This document shows positions 1-8,451 of a stretch of DNA of 24,271 bases, in pieces. Each line of letters starts with the position of its first letter. Position 1 is the first letter of the stretch. Under the pieces are notes generated by a model. The model was not told where the DNA came from. It saw only the letters and a program-made list of their open reading frames with translations, and made no database searches. The stretch spans positions 1 to 24,271 of IMG/VR virus record IMGVR_UViG_3300031519_000218; one strand, 5' to 3'. A program made the position numbers and the translations under genes. Origin of the DNA: a virus. Its lineage: Duplodnaviria; Caudoviricetes.

Positions 1-1
1 G

Positions 2-145
2 AGACCAATCCTTGAAGAATGGTATGAGAGAACAGGTTGCCCAATGCTTCTAAACACTAGCCTAAATATCAAAGGACAACCAATGGTAGATACATGGCAA
101 CATGCACTTGAGTTTGAAAAGGAATACAATGTCAAAGTCTTCTAA
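2..145 (+). CDS. carbamoyltransferase (NodU/CmcH family), C-terminal fragment; gene starts upstream of the window
   Basis: Not in the ORF track. Frame 2 reads RPILEEWYERTGCPMLLNTSLNIKGQPMVDTW...KVF*; TGxPxLLNTSxNxxGxP is the C-terminal signature of NodU/CmcH carbamoyltransferases. Confidence 0.85.
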   Translation, partial: RPILEEWYERTGCPMLLNTSLNIKGQPMVDTWQHALEFEKEYNVKVF

Positions 146-959
146 GTACATTTTAGCTGCTGGTTGTAGCTTTACCGACAAAGATTTTTGGTCGCCAGAA
201 ATGGGTGCTGACTTTGATTGTTCTTGGCCTAAATGGCCTGAGATATTAGGTGAGTATCTTGACCTTGACGTTAAAAATATTGGTTTGTGTGGGGTTAGTA
301 ATGATTACATAACTTCACAAGTAATCCAAAATATTCTAAGAGATCGTGATAACATAGAGTTGGTGGTTATTGGATGGACAGAAATTCAGCGTTTTGGTTT
401 ATATGACGCATACCGATTTAACCCAATGATTGCTTTGGCCCACCCAGAAAAGAATGCCTTTGTGGGTCCTCAGCAAAAACCCGCTATACCGCTTTACAAG
501 TATTTGTTCGGAGATAATCTTGTGGACAAACATTTTGGAGTAGACGATAGTAATAATTTGTACGTACAACAAGTCACATATTGGTTCAAGCAAATGTTGC
601 AAATACAGGAATTGTGCAAAGCTTTTAACATCAAATTCATAATGTCAAGTCTTTGTGGAAGTATTCGTTTGGCAAAGTACAACCAGATACAACCATCATT
701 TGAAAGAGAAATGACTTGGACTGAAATACAATGGCATATAATGTATGGCAGAATAAAAGAACTATATGAACTTGACAAAGATCACTACATCGGATATCCG
801 TTTATGAAAGGGCTTCATGGGTGGCAGTTCGCTGATATTATTAATGGCGTTACTGGTGAGGAATATATGATAAGTGATAGGGACACACACCCAAATGCAA
901 ATGGGCAAGAACTAATAGCAAGGTATTACTATGAACAATATGCAAAAGTTTATTCTTAA
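129..959 (+). CDS. SGNH/GDSL-hydrolase-like protein
   Basis: GCSFT (block I Ser), NIGLCGVSN (block II) and C-terminal DTHPNANG (DxHP). ATG at 129 follows AAGGAA and is preferred over the track's 102. Confidence 0.65.
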   Translation: MSKSSKYILAAGCSFTDKDFWSPEMGADFDCSWPKWPEILGEYLDLDVKNIGLCGVSNDYITSQVIQNILRDRDNIELVVIGWTEIQRFGLYDAYRFNPMIALAHPEKNAFVGPQQKPAIPLYKYLFGDNLVDKHFGVDDSNNLYVQQVTYWFKQMLQIQELCKAFNIKFIMSSLCGSIRLAKYNQIQPSFEREMTWTEIQWHIMYGRIKELYELDKDHYIGYPFMKGLHGWQFADIINGVTGEEYMISDRDTHPNANGQELIARYYYEQYAKVYS

Positions 960-1056
960 AGTAAAGTTCAAGTGGATGATCCTTAAGATGAGGATACGCA
1001 AACCAAAAACAGAAGTTGATAATAGTAAAGGGTTTATCTATGAAGAGGACGAATAA
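931..1056 (+). CDS. small hypothetical protein (41 aa)
   Basis: Below the ORF-track cutoff: MNNMQKFILKVKFKWMILKMRIRKPKTEVDNSKGFIYEEDE. It fills the gap between two genes and has AAGGT upstream. Confidence 0.5.
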   Translation: MNNMQKFILKVKFKWMILKMRIRKPKTEVDNSKGFIYEEDE

Positions 1057-1756
1057 GTTTGTATTTGATGTTGATGGTACACTAACTGAAAGTCGTTGTT
1101 TTCGTGACGATTCCTTTGGTGAATTTTTTCTAGACTTTTGTAGAAAAAATGACGTGTATATCGTGACTGGTTCTGATAGAGCCAAGACTTTGGAGCAACT
1201 TGGTCCTGAAATATACTATGAATGTAAGCTTGCATATCAATGTTCTGGAAACGACGTCTGGTCTGGTTCATCCCACATAAGGTCAAACAGTTGGGTCCTA
1301 CCCAAACACGTCAGGACGTGGCTGTATGAAAAACTTGAGCAATCCGATTTCAGCATTCAGACGGGGCTTCATATAGAAGAAAGGCCGGGGTGTGTAAATT
1401 TCAGTATTGTTGGGCGTAACGCTACCAAAGAACAACGTGCGACCTATATAGAGTACGAAGGTTTCGTTGGAGAGAGGCGTCTAATTGCAGACTTATTTAA
1501 CTTGACATTTGCTGGTCTAGAGGCTACAATTGGTGGAGATACTGGGTTAGATATCGGTCCTATTGGAGCGAACAAATCTCAAATTATGGCAGATTTCGGT
1601 GAGACCGATAACGTCATATTCTTTGGAGATAAGATGTTTGAGGGCGGCAATGATTTTCCTTTAAGCGAAGCTAATAAAGACGGAATTAACTTCCATGTCC
1701 GAAATGTACAGCATACTTGGGACATATTAAAAGAATTTTATTTAAAGGATACATAA
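1040..1756 (+). CDS. HAD-superfamily IIB phosphomannomutase-like protein (eukaryotic PMM type)
   Basis: FVFDVDGTLT (motif I), VTGSD (motif II), HIEERPGCVNFSIVGR cap region, FFGDKMFEGGNDFPL (motif IV as in PMM/Sec53). Confidence 0.8.
   Translation: MKRTNKFVFDVDGTLTESRCFRDDSFGEFFLDFCRKNDVYIVTGSDRAKTLEQLGPEIYYECKLAYQCSGNDVWSGSSHIRSNSWVLPKHVRTWLYEKLEQSDFSIQTGLHIEERPGCVNFSIVGRNATKEQRATYIEYEGFVGERRLIADLFNLTFAGLEATIGGDTGLDIGPIGANKSQIMADFGETDNVIFFGDKMFEGGNDFPLSEANKDGINFHVRNVQHTWDILKEFYLKDT
1502..1530 (+). promoter_or_regulatory. sigma70-like promoter inside the PMM gene
   Basis: TTGACA-N17-TACAAT, near consensus; could drive 1757 onward (glutaredoxin cluster). Confidence 0.5.
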
Positions 1757-1984
1757 ATGTTTACTATCGAAATGGACTGGGACGAAACTGCAATTACTAT
1801 TCTAGATTCTACAGGAGAACACGAAGACGTACAGTTTCATGTATATGACGATGTTGTTTATATCAGGCAGTGGGACCAAGACGACAATAGCTTTTCGCTA
1901 ATTTCGATGTCGCCAGAACAGTTTAATGAATTGACAGCAGCAATGCACCTTCCAGAAGGTGCTTATATGATGGGGAATGATTAA
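1757..1984 (+). CDS. hypothetical protein
   Basis: 75 aa acidic ORF abutting the previous stop, AAGGA upstream. Confidence 0.8.
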   Translation: MFTIEMDWDETAITILDSTGEHEDVQFHVYDDVVYIRQWDQDDNSFSLISMSPEQFNELTAAMHLPEGAYMMGND

Positions 1985-2240
1985 AATGATTGATATATAC
2001 GGAACGCCTACTTGTTCTTTTTGTTTGAGAGCAAAGAAGCTATGTGAGCGTAGTGGATTGAATTACCAATATAAAGATATTAGCCATGAAAAGTATAAGT
2101 TAGAGCTTGATGGGCTATTGACTGAAGGATACACTACAGTACCACAAATTTTTCGTTATGGAAAACATCTTGGTGGTTACAACCAACTAGTAACCGAAAT
2201 TGAAAACACGGCTGGTGGTTTTGGCGACGGCCCTTTCTAA
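1977..2240 (+). CDS. nrdC: glutaredoxin (T4 NrdC-like)
   Basis: CSFC active site, TVPQIF cis-Pro motif, HLGGY. Start may be 1986. Confidence 0.88.
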   Translation: MIKMIDIYGTPTCSFCLRAKKLCERSGLNYQYKDISHEKYKLELDGLLTEGYTTVPQIFRYGKHLGGYNQLVTEIENTAGGFGDGPF

Positions 2241-2252
2241 AGGAGATATATT

Positions 2253-2435
2253 ATGATCGATGATTATGAAGATTTGGTTAAGAACTATTTGGAAAACGGT
2301 GGAAAAATCACACAAGGTAAGCCAATGAAGCGAACCAAAAGAATTAGTCTTAGAGGTAAAGTGGGCTATGAGCGATGGCTACTGAAAGATACATATGAGA
2401 CTGACGATGTTAAAAAAGGAAATATAGTATTATGA
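2253..2435 (+). CDS. hypothetical protein
   Basis: 60 aa ORF with strong AAGGAG SD. Confidence 0.75.
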   Translation: MIDDYEDLVKNYLENGGKITQGKPMKRTKRISLRGKVGYERWLLKDTYETDDVKKGNIVL

Positions 2436-2623
2436 GAGCAACTATGTGTGATCCACCATCAGGTTGGAAATATGGGTTTCCTAAACCCATGCCAGATGAT
2501 GTAGAAGATACCAAAACTTGGCTTGTTAGCGAAGGTTACCCACAGTCAGAGATTGATTCTTGGGGAGATCATTTTTATTGTAGATATTGGGAAGCTGAAG
2601 TGGAGGATGCTGATGGACCTTGA
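2432..2623 (+). CDS. hypothetical phage protein
   Basis: ATGA overlap with the previous gene; DPPSGWKYGFPKP motif. Confidence 0.75.
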   Translation: MRATMCDPPSGWKYGFPKPMPDDVEDTKTWLVSEGYPQSEIDSWGDHFYCRYWEAEVEDADGP

Positions 2624-2804
2624 TAACGTTTCTAAACGCATGGAAGAGCTTGGCAGGCCAATTGATGAGGCTATTCTATTATGTGATAATAGAGATGATC
2701 TTTTAATGCTTGCGTCATTGATGGCCATCACTTTGCGAAACATCTACGATTCGAATATTGGTGAGAACGGCAGGAAACAGATGTTTACGGAATTTGCTAA
2801 ATAA
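2613..2804 (+). CDS. hypothetical protein
   Basis: GGAGG SD at 2602-2606 before ATG 2613 (track ORF 2523 trimmed). Confidence 0.7.
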   Translation: MDLDNVSKRMEELGRPIDEAILLCDNRDDLLMLASLMAITLRNIYDSNIGENGRKQMFTEFAK

Positions 2805-2830
2805 CTTCATATAATGTATGGAGTTAGAAA

Positions 2831-3253
2831 ATGTGGTACTACAAAGGTGAAGAATTTACATCTGAGATGATTGAAGACTACATTGGGTTCATCTACCTAA
2901 TTACAGACAAGAGCAACGACAAGAAATACGTTGGGAAGAAACTACTGACGTCTGTAAAAAAACTACCACCACTCAAGGGTAAAAAAAGAAAGCGAACCGT
3001 AATCAAGGAATCCGATTGGAAGACCTATTACGGTTCGTCTGAAGAAGTTAAGCTTATGCTTGAGGAAAAAGGTGCTGACAACTTCCACAGAGAAATCCTA
3101 ACTCTGGGCATGAAAAAGGGTGAACTGAATTACCTTGAAGCCAAATATCAGTTCGAACACGACGTGCTACTGCGCGACGATTATTACAATGGCATCATCC
3201 AAGTAAAAATTCATAGAAGCCACGTCAAGGGCTTGACAAATCTGCTAGTTTAG
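2831..3253 (+). CDS. GIY-YIG-family nuclease-like protein
   Basis: GFIYLIT...KKYVGKK motif pair, YYGSS, FHREIL, E in YLEAKYQ and terminal YYN. Confidence 0.72.
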   Translation: MWYYKGEEFTSEMIEDYIGFIYLITDKSNDKKYVGKKLLTSVKKLPPLKGKKRKRTVIKESDWKTYYGSSEEVKLMLEEKGADNFHREILTLGMKKGELNYLEAKYQFEHDVLLRDDYYNGIIQVKIHRSHVKGLTNLLV

Positions 3254-3261
3254 TGTACTCT
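3233..3261 (+). promoter_or_regulatory. sigma70-like promoter
   Basis: TTGACA-N17-TACTCT upstream of AAGGAGG and ATG 3291. Confidence 0.6.
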
Positions 3262-3290
3262 AGTTGTTAAAGGTCAAGGAGGCTTAAGTT

Positions 3291-3512
3291 ATGATTATCA
3301 AGAGAACAAGTGCGTGTAGTGGTAAAGTACGCACTAAAGACATACCAGTAGACCCACATGACTGGGCGTTGTATGAAGCTGGTGTTGTTAGTATTCATGA
3401 TGTCATGCCATATCTCACAGATGAAGATCGTGAATTTATCTTGTCTGGCATTGTTGCTGGTGAGTGGGATGCTGCCTTCAAAGAACAAATTGAAACGGAT
3501 ACTTTTGTATGA
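3291..3512 (+). CDS. hypothetical phage protein
   Basis: 73 aa, AAGGAGG SD; MPYLTDEDREFILSGI motif. Confidence 0.8.
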   Translation: MIIKRTSACSGKVRTKDIPVDPHDWALYEAGVVSIHDVMPYLTDEDREFILSGIVAGEWDAAFKEQIETDTFV

Positions 3513-4144
3513 TTATTTTATTTAATGGACCACCTGCGTCTGGTAAAGATTGCTCTGCCGATTACTTTAAGCAATATGGCTTCAAACACTTGTCATTCAA
3601 GTACCAACTATTCAAGGCAACTTTCAAATACTTTGATGTTACCGAAGAATGGTTTATGGAAAGCTACGATGATCGTTCCGTAAAGGAAAGGCCGTCTGCG
3701 TTTCTTGGTGGGATGTCTCGACGTGAAGCAATGATTCATGTTTCAGAAAATGTCATCAAGCCAAAATTTGGTTTGGATTATTTTGGCAAAGCAGTAGCAG
3801 AAGAAGTTGACGTGAATGTAGACTACGTTATCTCTGATGGTGGGTTTGTTGACGAACTGTTCCCAATTATAAATAAAATAGGTTCCAGCCAATTTGTTCT
3901 CGTGCAACTTACGCGTGATGGATGTGACTTTTCTACCGATAGCAGACGATATCTTAACGGTTCAGTTGTAAAAGAGTATGTAAATTCGCATGCAACCCCA
4001 ATCCAAAATGAATATGTCTTACCACACAAATTTGATATTAGAACGTATCGCATACACAACAATTCAAGTGTCGATTCTTTACTTGAAGTGCTAGAAGAAA
4101 TACACGAGAAGGAATGCAATGTCAGAACAAAAGAAAGCGCATAG
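3509..4144 (+). CDS. deoxynucleoside monophosphate kinase (T4 gp1-like P-loop kinase)
   Basis: IILFNGPPASGKD Walker A, SRREAMI lid region, VISDGGF motif. Confidence 0.75.
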   Translation: MIILFNGPPASGKDCSADYFKQYGFKHLSFKYQLFKATFKYFDVTEEWFMESYDDRSVKERPSAFLGGMSRREAMIHVSENVIKPKFGLDYFGKAVAEEVDVNVDYVISDGGFVDELFPIINKIGSSQFVLVQLTRDGCDFSTDSRRYLNGSVVKEYVNSHATPIQNEYVLPHKFDIRTYRIHNNSSVDSLLEVLEEIHEKECNVRTKESA

Positions 4145-4373
4145 CCACAGTAAAGAAGCTAAGCCTAATCCTAAGTCTATATTCTATGAGAACCCATATG
4201 ATATAGAGACTTTTTTTGAAGGTCTGCAAGTAGCTGGCGAAAGAGGGAAGGAGCTACAGTTTGTAGATCGTTTCATATGCCACTTGCGATTGGACCCGCT
4301 ACAAGACACCAGCGAAATAGTTTTCAAAGTTCTAAATAAAGACTTGAAGATACTGATGTTTGAACCTAAGTAG
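4119..4373 (+). CDS. hypothetical protein
   Basis: 84 aa ORF, AAGGA upstream, overlaps the kinase end. Confidence 0.7.
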   Translation: MSEQKKAHSHSKEAKPNPKSIFYENPYDIETFFEGLQVAGERGKELQFVDRFICHLRLDPLQDTSEIVFKVLNKDLKILMFEPK

Positions 4374-4398
4374 TAAATATAACACCAACAAGGAATAT

Positions 4399-4692
4399 AT
4401 GATGTACATGCTTGAACAAGACAAAGACGGTGTAATTGCCAATCTGAAAGATGGCGTATGCGAGGTAACCTTTACGAAAGTAAATGGCGAAGAACGTGTA
4501 ATGCAATGTACTTTGAACCCTGATCTCTTGCCAGAATTGCCGACAGCTAAACCTGATGAAGGCACAGCAGCTAAACCTAAAAAAGCCCCAAACCCTGACG
4601 TTCAACCTGTGTATGATATTAATGCAGCGGGATGGCGTTCTTTTCGTTGGGATTCAGTAACAAACTTTACCAAATTAGATTCGGAGAAATAA
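4399..4692 (+). CDS. WYL_2/DUF2693-like Sm/SH3 beta-barrel protein
   Basis: VTFTKVNGEERVMQCTL...VYDINAAGWRSFRWDSV; AAGGA SD before 4399. Confidence 0.75.
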   Translation: MMYMLEQDKDGVIANLKDGVCEVTFTKVNGEERVMQCTLNPDLLPELPTAKPDEGTAAKPKKAPNPDVQPVYDINAAGWRSFRWDSVTNFTKLDSEK

Positions 4693-4694
4693 TA

Positions 4695-5642
4695 ATGAGC
4701 GTGATTTATAAAGGCCAAATCATCGAAAGCGAACAATCCAAGAACGCGAATGGTGGTACAGAAATGATGCGTAGACGTCTACTTAACAATGTAGACCACG
4801 ATCTCTTGTCTAATGTAGCAATCCACTTCAGCAGACCACGCGGTGAGTTGCCTTCTGATGTAAAGAATGTTTTGTATTGTCACGATCTCGCCCAAGACCC
4901 AGAAAACGCAATTCTATTGGATGATGGCTGGAAAAAGTTCGATCATCTTGTTTTTGTTTCTCAGTGGCAACGCGACCAATACATTTTGATTTATGGTATC
5001 CCATATTCTAAGTGTTCTGTAATTCCAAATGCAATCGAAAAGACATACAATCCAAAAGATAAGCCTACTGATACGATTCGGTTTATCTACCATACAACAC
5101 CACATCGTGGTCTTGAATTGCTATACCCAGTTTTTGATGCACTTTCAAAAGATCATAACAACATTCACTTGGACGTGTATTCTTCTTTTGCAATCTATGG
5201 TTGGGCAGAGCGCGACGAACCTTATGTGGATTTGTTTACTAAAATTCATGAACATCCCAAGATGACTTATCATGGGTCAGTTCCTAACTCTCAGATTATG
5301 ACTGCACTTGATGATGCACATATTTTCTTGTATCCAAATACTTGGAGAGAAACGTCATGCATTGCTATGATCGAAGCTATTAGAAGTGGTGTACTTTGTA
5401 TCCACCCTAATCTTGGTGCTTTGTCTGAAACCGCCGCTAATGCAACTGTCATGTATGATTATCACGAGGATAACATGTCACATGCGAATATCGCTTATTC
5501 GTATGCAAAACAAATTTTGGACATCCAAAATAACAACCCAGACTTCCTTAATCAAATGACTAATAAGCAACAGATGAGCTTGCACTCTTCATCCATCGAA
5601 GTATACAAAAACAATTGGCATAAAATATTGAGAGATTTGTAG
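4695..5642 (+). CDS. glycosyltransferase, GT-B fold (GT4-like)
   Basis: N-terminal GGTE, FVSQWQ, VIPNAI, YHTTPHRGL, ETSCIAMIEA (EX7E) and GALSE. GGAG SD before 4695. Confidence 0.85.
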   Translation: MSVIYKGQIIESEQSKNANGGTEMMRRRLLNNVDHDLLSNVAIHFSRPRGELPSDVKNVLYCHDLAQDPENAILLDDGWKKFDHLVFVSQWQRDQYILIYGIPYSKCSVIPNAIEKTYNPKDKPTDTIRFIYHTTPHRGLELLYPVFDALSKDHNNIHLDVYSSFAIYGWAERDEPYVDLFTKIHEHPKMTYHGSVPNSQIMTALDDAHIFLYPNTWRETSCIAMIEAIRSGVLCIHPNLGALSETAANATVMYDYHEDNMSHANIAYSYAKQILDIQNNNPDFLNQMTNKQQMSLHSSSIEVYKNNWHKILRDL

Positions 5643-5646
5643 AAAT

Positions 5647-5997
5647 ATGGCGGAAATTATTACTTTCCCAAAAGCGAAAAAGAACAGTCCACCTCAATCA
5701 AAAGAAGAGGTGGACGAAAAAGTTGCAGAATTTAAGGAAGATTTTGCAGATCAAATTTCTGAAATGGTTTGGAGAAGTGTTATCATTGATATGGTGCGGT
5801 CTGGATGTGACTTCGATGAAGACCCTGTTGCGTACTTTCCCGCAATGGTCTTGATTTTAGAATCAATCAAATCTCTGCATTTATTGACACAAGGCCTTGA
5901 GCACCCATTACAAACGTTTGCAGATGAATCCATTAATTTGGATGATTATACAGATGAAATTGATATTATACTTGACACCGAAGAGGATATGGACTAG
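5647..5997 (+). CDS. hypothetical protein
   Basis: 116 aa acidic ORF, N-terminal IITFP. Confidence 0.8.
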   Translation: MAEIITFPKAKKNSPPQSKEEVDEKVAEFKEDFADQISEMVWRSVIIDMVRSGCDFDEDPVAYFPAMVLILESIKSLHLLTQGLEHPLQTFADESINLDDYTDEIDIILDTEEDMD

Positions 5998-6000
5998 TAT
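5972..6000 (+). promoter_or_regulatory. sigma70-like promoter for rnh
   Basis: TTGACA-N17-TAGTAT. Confidence 0.55.
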
Positions 6001-6033
6001 AGGTCCTACAACTATTATGATGAGAAAAAAACA

Positions 6034-6894
6034 ATGGCAATTCTAATGGACTTCAACCAAGTTATCCTTGCTTCGCTGTTTCAGAGCATTGGTAACCACA
6101 CTAACATAGACATTGATGAAAATCTAATTCGTCACATGTTTTTAAATTCAGTACGAGCTAATCGCAAAAAGTTCACTAATGAGTATGGTGAAATTGTAAT
6201 TTGTGCTGACGGCAAGAATACATGGCGTCGTGAAGCATATCCATACTATAAGGCAAATCGCAAAAAGACCCGTGACAAATCTGAGCTTGATTGGAATAAC
6301 TTATTCAGCATTATGAATACTATTCGTGATGAAATGAGAGAGTTCTTTCCATACAAGGTAATTCACATCGATCATTGTGAAGCAGATGACATCATTGGTA
6401 CGATTTGCCACCAAGAAGGCACACAGCTTAATGTGGGTGGCGAGAAGTATCTTGTACTGTCAGCAGACAAAGACTTCATCCAACTACAAACTTATGCAAA
6501 TATCGATCAGTACGATCCTATTCGCAAGCGTTGGTTGAGTGACAAGAACCCCGTGCAGTTCCTTGAAGAACATATCATCAAGGGCGATGCTGGGGATGGA
6601 GTGCCAAACATTCTATCACCTGATAATTGTTTGGCTGTTGGAGAACGGCAAAAGCCAATGACCCAAAAACGAATGGCTCTGTTTAAAGGCACGAAAGAAA
6701 ATATGGATGAGGAAACTCTTGCTAGATTCAATCGGAACAAAATGATGATTGATCTTGGGGAAGTACCTCAGAAATATAAAGACATGATTCTTTCTGAGTT
6801 CAATCAATCGAACGATGTTGGACGTGAGCACTTGTTCAACTTTTTTGTTAGCAAGAAACTACGAAACTTAATTTCAGACATACAGGATTTTTAA
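6034..6894 (+). CDS. rnh: T4-type RNase H (5'-3' exonuclease)
   Basis: ILMDFNQ, WRREAYPYYKANRKK, EADDIIG, SADKDFIQL, KGDAGDGVPN. Confidence 0.95.
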   Translation: MAILMDFNQVILASLFQSIGNHTNIDIDENLIRHMFLNSVRANRKKFTNEYGEIVICADGKNTWRREAYPYYKANRKKTRDKSELDWNNLFSIMNTIRDEMREFFPYKVIHIDHCEADDIIGTICHQEGTQLNVGGEKYLVLSADKDFIQLQTYANIDQYDPIRKRWLSDKNPVQFLEEHIIKGDAGDGVPNILSPDNCLAVGERQKPMTQKRMALFKGTKENMDEETLARFNRNKMMIDLGEVPQKYKDMILSEFNQSNDVGREHLFNFFVSKKLRNLISDIQDF

Positions 6895-6895
6895 A

Positions 6896-7327
6896 ATGGC
6901 CGTAAAACGTTCTATTTCGGAGATTGTCAATAAGTTGACAGACATTAAATCGAAAGAAGAAAAGATAGCATGGTTACGTGAAAACGACTCAATTCCTTTG
7001 CGAACTGTGCTAAAGTATACATATGATGATAAGGTGGTGTTTCTTATACCAAACACACCACCACCTTGGAAGTATAATGAGTATGAAGATGAGGCAAAAT
7101 CGCTACTGTACACAGAAGCACGTAGACTCAAGATTTTTGTCGAAGGTGGTGGTTATCCCACACTGAAACAAATCAAACGTGAGCAACTGTTCATTAGTTT
7201 GTTAGAAGATGTTGATAATGATGATGCTGATTTATTGGCAAACCATATGTTAACTAAAAAGTCCATCAAGGGCCTAACAAAGAAAACCTTAATGGAAGCA
7301 TTTCCACAACTTATCGAAGAAGAGTAA
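6896..7327 (+). CDS. conserved T4-like phage hypothetical protein (DUF6433-like)
   Basis: ISEI...PPPW...LYTEARRLKIF...KREQLFISLLE pattern typical of the gene after rnh in marine T4-like phages. Confidence 0.7.
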   Translation: MAVKRSISEIVNKLTDIKSKEEKIAWLRENDSIPLRTVLKYTYDDKVVFLIPNTPPPWKYNEYEDEAKSLLYTEARRLKIFVEGGGYPTLKQIKREQLFISLLEDVDNDDADLLANHMLTKKSIKGLTKKTLMEAFPQLIEEE

Positions 7328-7337
7328 AGAGAACACA

Positions 7338-7499
7338 ATGGCCAAGACATTTAAAAAATTCCGCGAAGAGTATGACGAATGGGGTAGCGATGATGATGAG
7401 GTTTCCATGAAAGAGGAACGCATGCAGCAACGTCGTGATCGTAAGAAAACTAAACGCGATGAAAAAATGGCAAACTTTTCTGAAACAAAAGAAGATTAA
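7338..7499 (+). CDS. small charged protein (53 aa)
   Basis: Not in the ORF track: MAKTFKKFREEYDEWGSDDDEVSMKEERMQQRRDRKKTKRDEKMANFSETKED. It fills the intergenic gap. Confidence 0.7.
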   Translation: MAKTFKKFREEYDEWGSDDDEVSMKEERMQQRRDRKKTKRDEKMANFSETKED

Positions 7500-7517
7500 C
7501 ACAGAAAGATTATTAAT

Positions 7518-8105
7518 ATGATTATGAGTGATAAAGTGATTATGGTAGATTGCGATGGCGTTCTACTAGAATGGACTTACAGCTTTTTTAAGTGGATGAA
7601 GTCGAATGGATATGAGCCAGCACAACCTGATATCCCAAACTACTGCATGGGGCAAACCTTTGGCATCACACCTGAGAAAGCACAAGAACTGATTGAATAC
7701 TTTAACCAGTCTGCGGCTATTGGATGGTTAACTCCATTCAGGGATGCTGTTAAGTATGTTCGTAAATTGAATGAGGATCATGGCTATATTTTTCATGTCA
7801 TCACCTCTCTTTCAGATGATATCTATGCTGGTAAACTTCGCAAGAAAAACCTTGAAGCAGTCTTTGGTAAAAAGATTTTTGAGGAAATCATTTGCTTGCC
7901 ATGTGGTGCTGAGAAGCATGACGCACTGGAACCTTATCGTGATAGTGGCTGCATTTGGGTTGAAGATAAACCCAGCAACGCCGTACTTGGGGCAGAGATG
8001 GGATTGGTATCATATCTCCTGACATCAAATCATAGTAAAGATTTTTATCATCCTAAAGTAACAAATGTTAGAAATTGGCGCGAACTGTACGACTCTATTG
8101 TATAA
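7518..8105 (+). CDS. HAD-family 5'(3')-deoxyribonucleotidase-like protein (T4 30.2-like)
   Basis: VDCDGVL motif I, VITS motif II, WVEDK motif IV. Start may be 7524. Confidence 0.8.
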   Translation: MIMSDKVIMVDCDGVLLEWTYSFFKWMKSNGYEPAQPDIPNYCMGQTFGITPEKAQELIEYFNQSAAIGWLTPFRDAVKYVRKLNEDHGYIFHVITSLSDDIYAGKLRKKNLEAVFGKKIFEEIICLPCGAEKHDALEPYRDSGCIWVEDKPSNAVLGAEMGLVSYLLTSNHSKDFYHPKVTNVRNWRELYDSIV

Positions 8106-8108
8106 ATA
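8101..8108 (+). promoter_or_regulatory. T4-type late promoter (gp55 sigma)
   Basis: Exact TATAAATA upstream of the 8196-phoH-PAAR cluster. Confidence 0.75.
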
Positions 8109-8140
8109 GATAGAGTAACAGATTATACACTATGTGTGTG

Positions 8141-8169
8141 GGTGACTGTGAATTTCGATCATGGTCACC
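8141..8169 (+). other. stem-loop with UUCG loop (terminator or leader structure)
   Basis: GGTGACTGTGA(A)T-TTCG-ATCATGGTCACC pairs with two G-U and one bulge; followed by TTCTTATTGATTTTT. Confidence 0.55.
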
Positions 8170-8195
8170 TTCTTATTGATTTTTAAGGAGCCTTA

Positions 8196-8432
8196 ATGCC
8201 CAACTATAGTTTTCAAAACAAAGAAACAAATGAACAATTTGAGGCATCGATGCCTTGGGTCGATCTCGACCCCTACCTTAAAGAAAATCCAAACATCAAA
8301 CAAATTTTTGTAAAGTTTCCGGGGTTCGTTGACCCGTACCGTCTTGGGCGTATGAAGCCTGATGACGGCTTTCGTGATGTATTACGTAACGTTCAACATC
8401 ATCATAAAAAGGATAGTATCAATACATGGTAG
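8196..8432 (+). CDS. FmdB-like small conserved phage protein (no Cys ligands)
   Basis: MPNYSFQNKETNEQFE...YLKENP...DGFRDVL; the usual gene before phoH in T4-like phages; AAGGAG SD. Confidence 0.7.
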   Translation: MPNYSFQNKETNEQFEASMPWVDLDPYLKENPNIKQIFVKFPGFVDPYRLGRMKPDDGFRDVLRNVQHHHKKDSINTW

Positions 8433-8451
8433 TATCCTACAAGGAGGTTTC

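Noticed and set aside
3224-3237. GTCAAG-GG-CTTGAC inverted repeat at the 3233 promoter
   Set aside because: It is only 6 bp with a 2-nt loop and occurs once; too weak to call.
2831-3253. GIY-YIG gene as a mobile homing endonuclease or intron
   Set aside because: It is short, lacks a C-terminal DNA-binding extension and interrupts no gene; it looks like a resident conserved gene.
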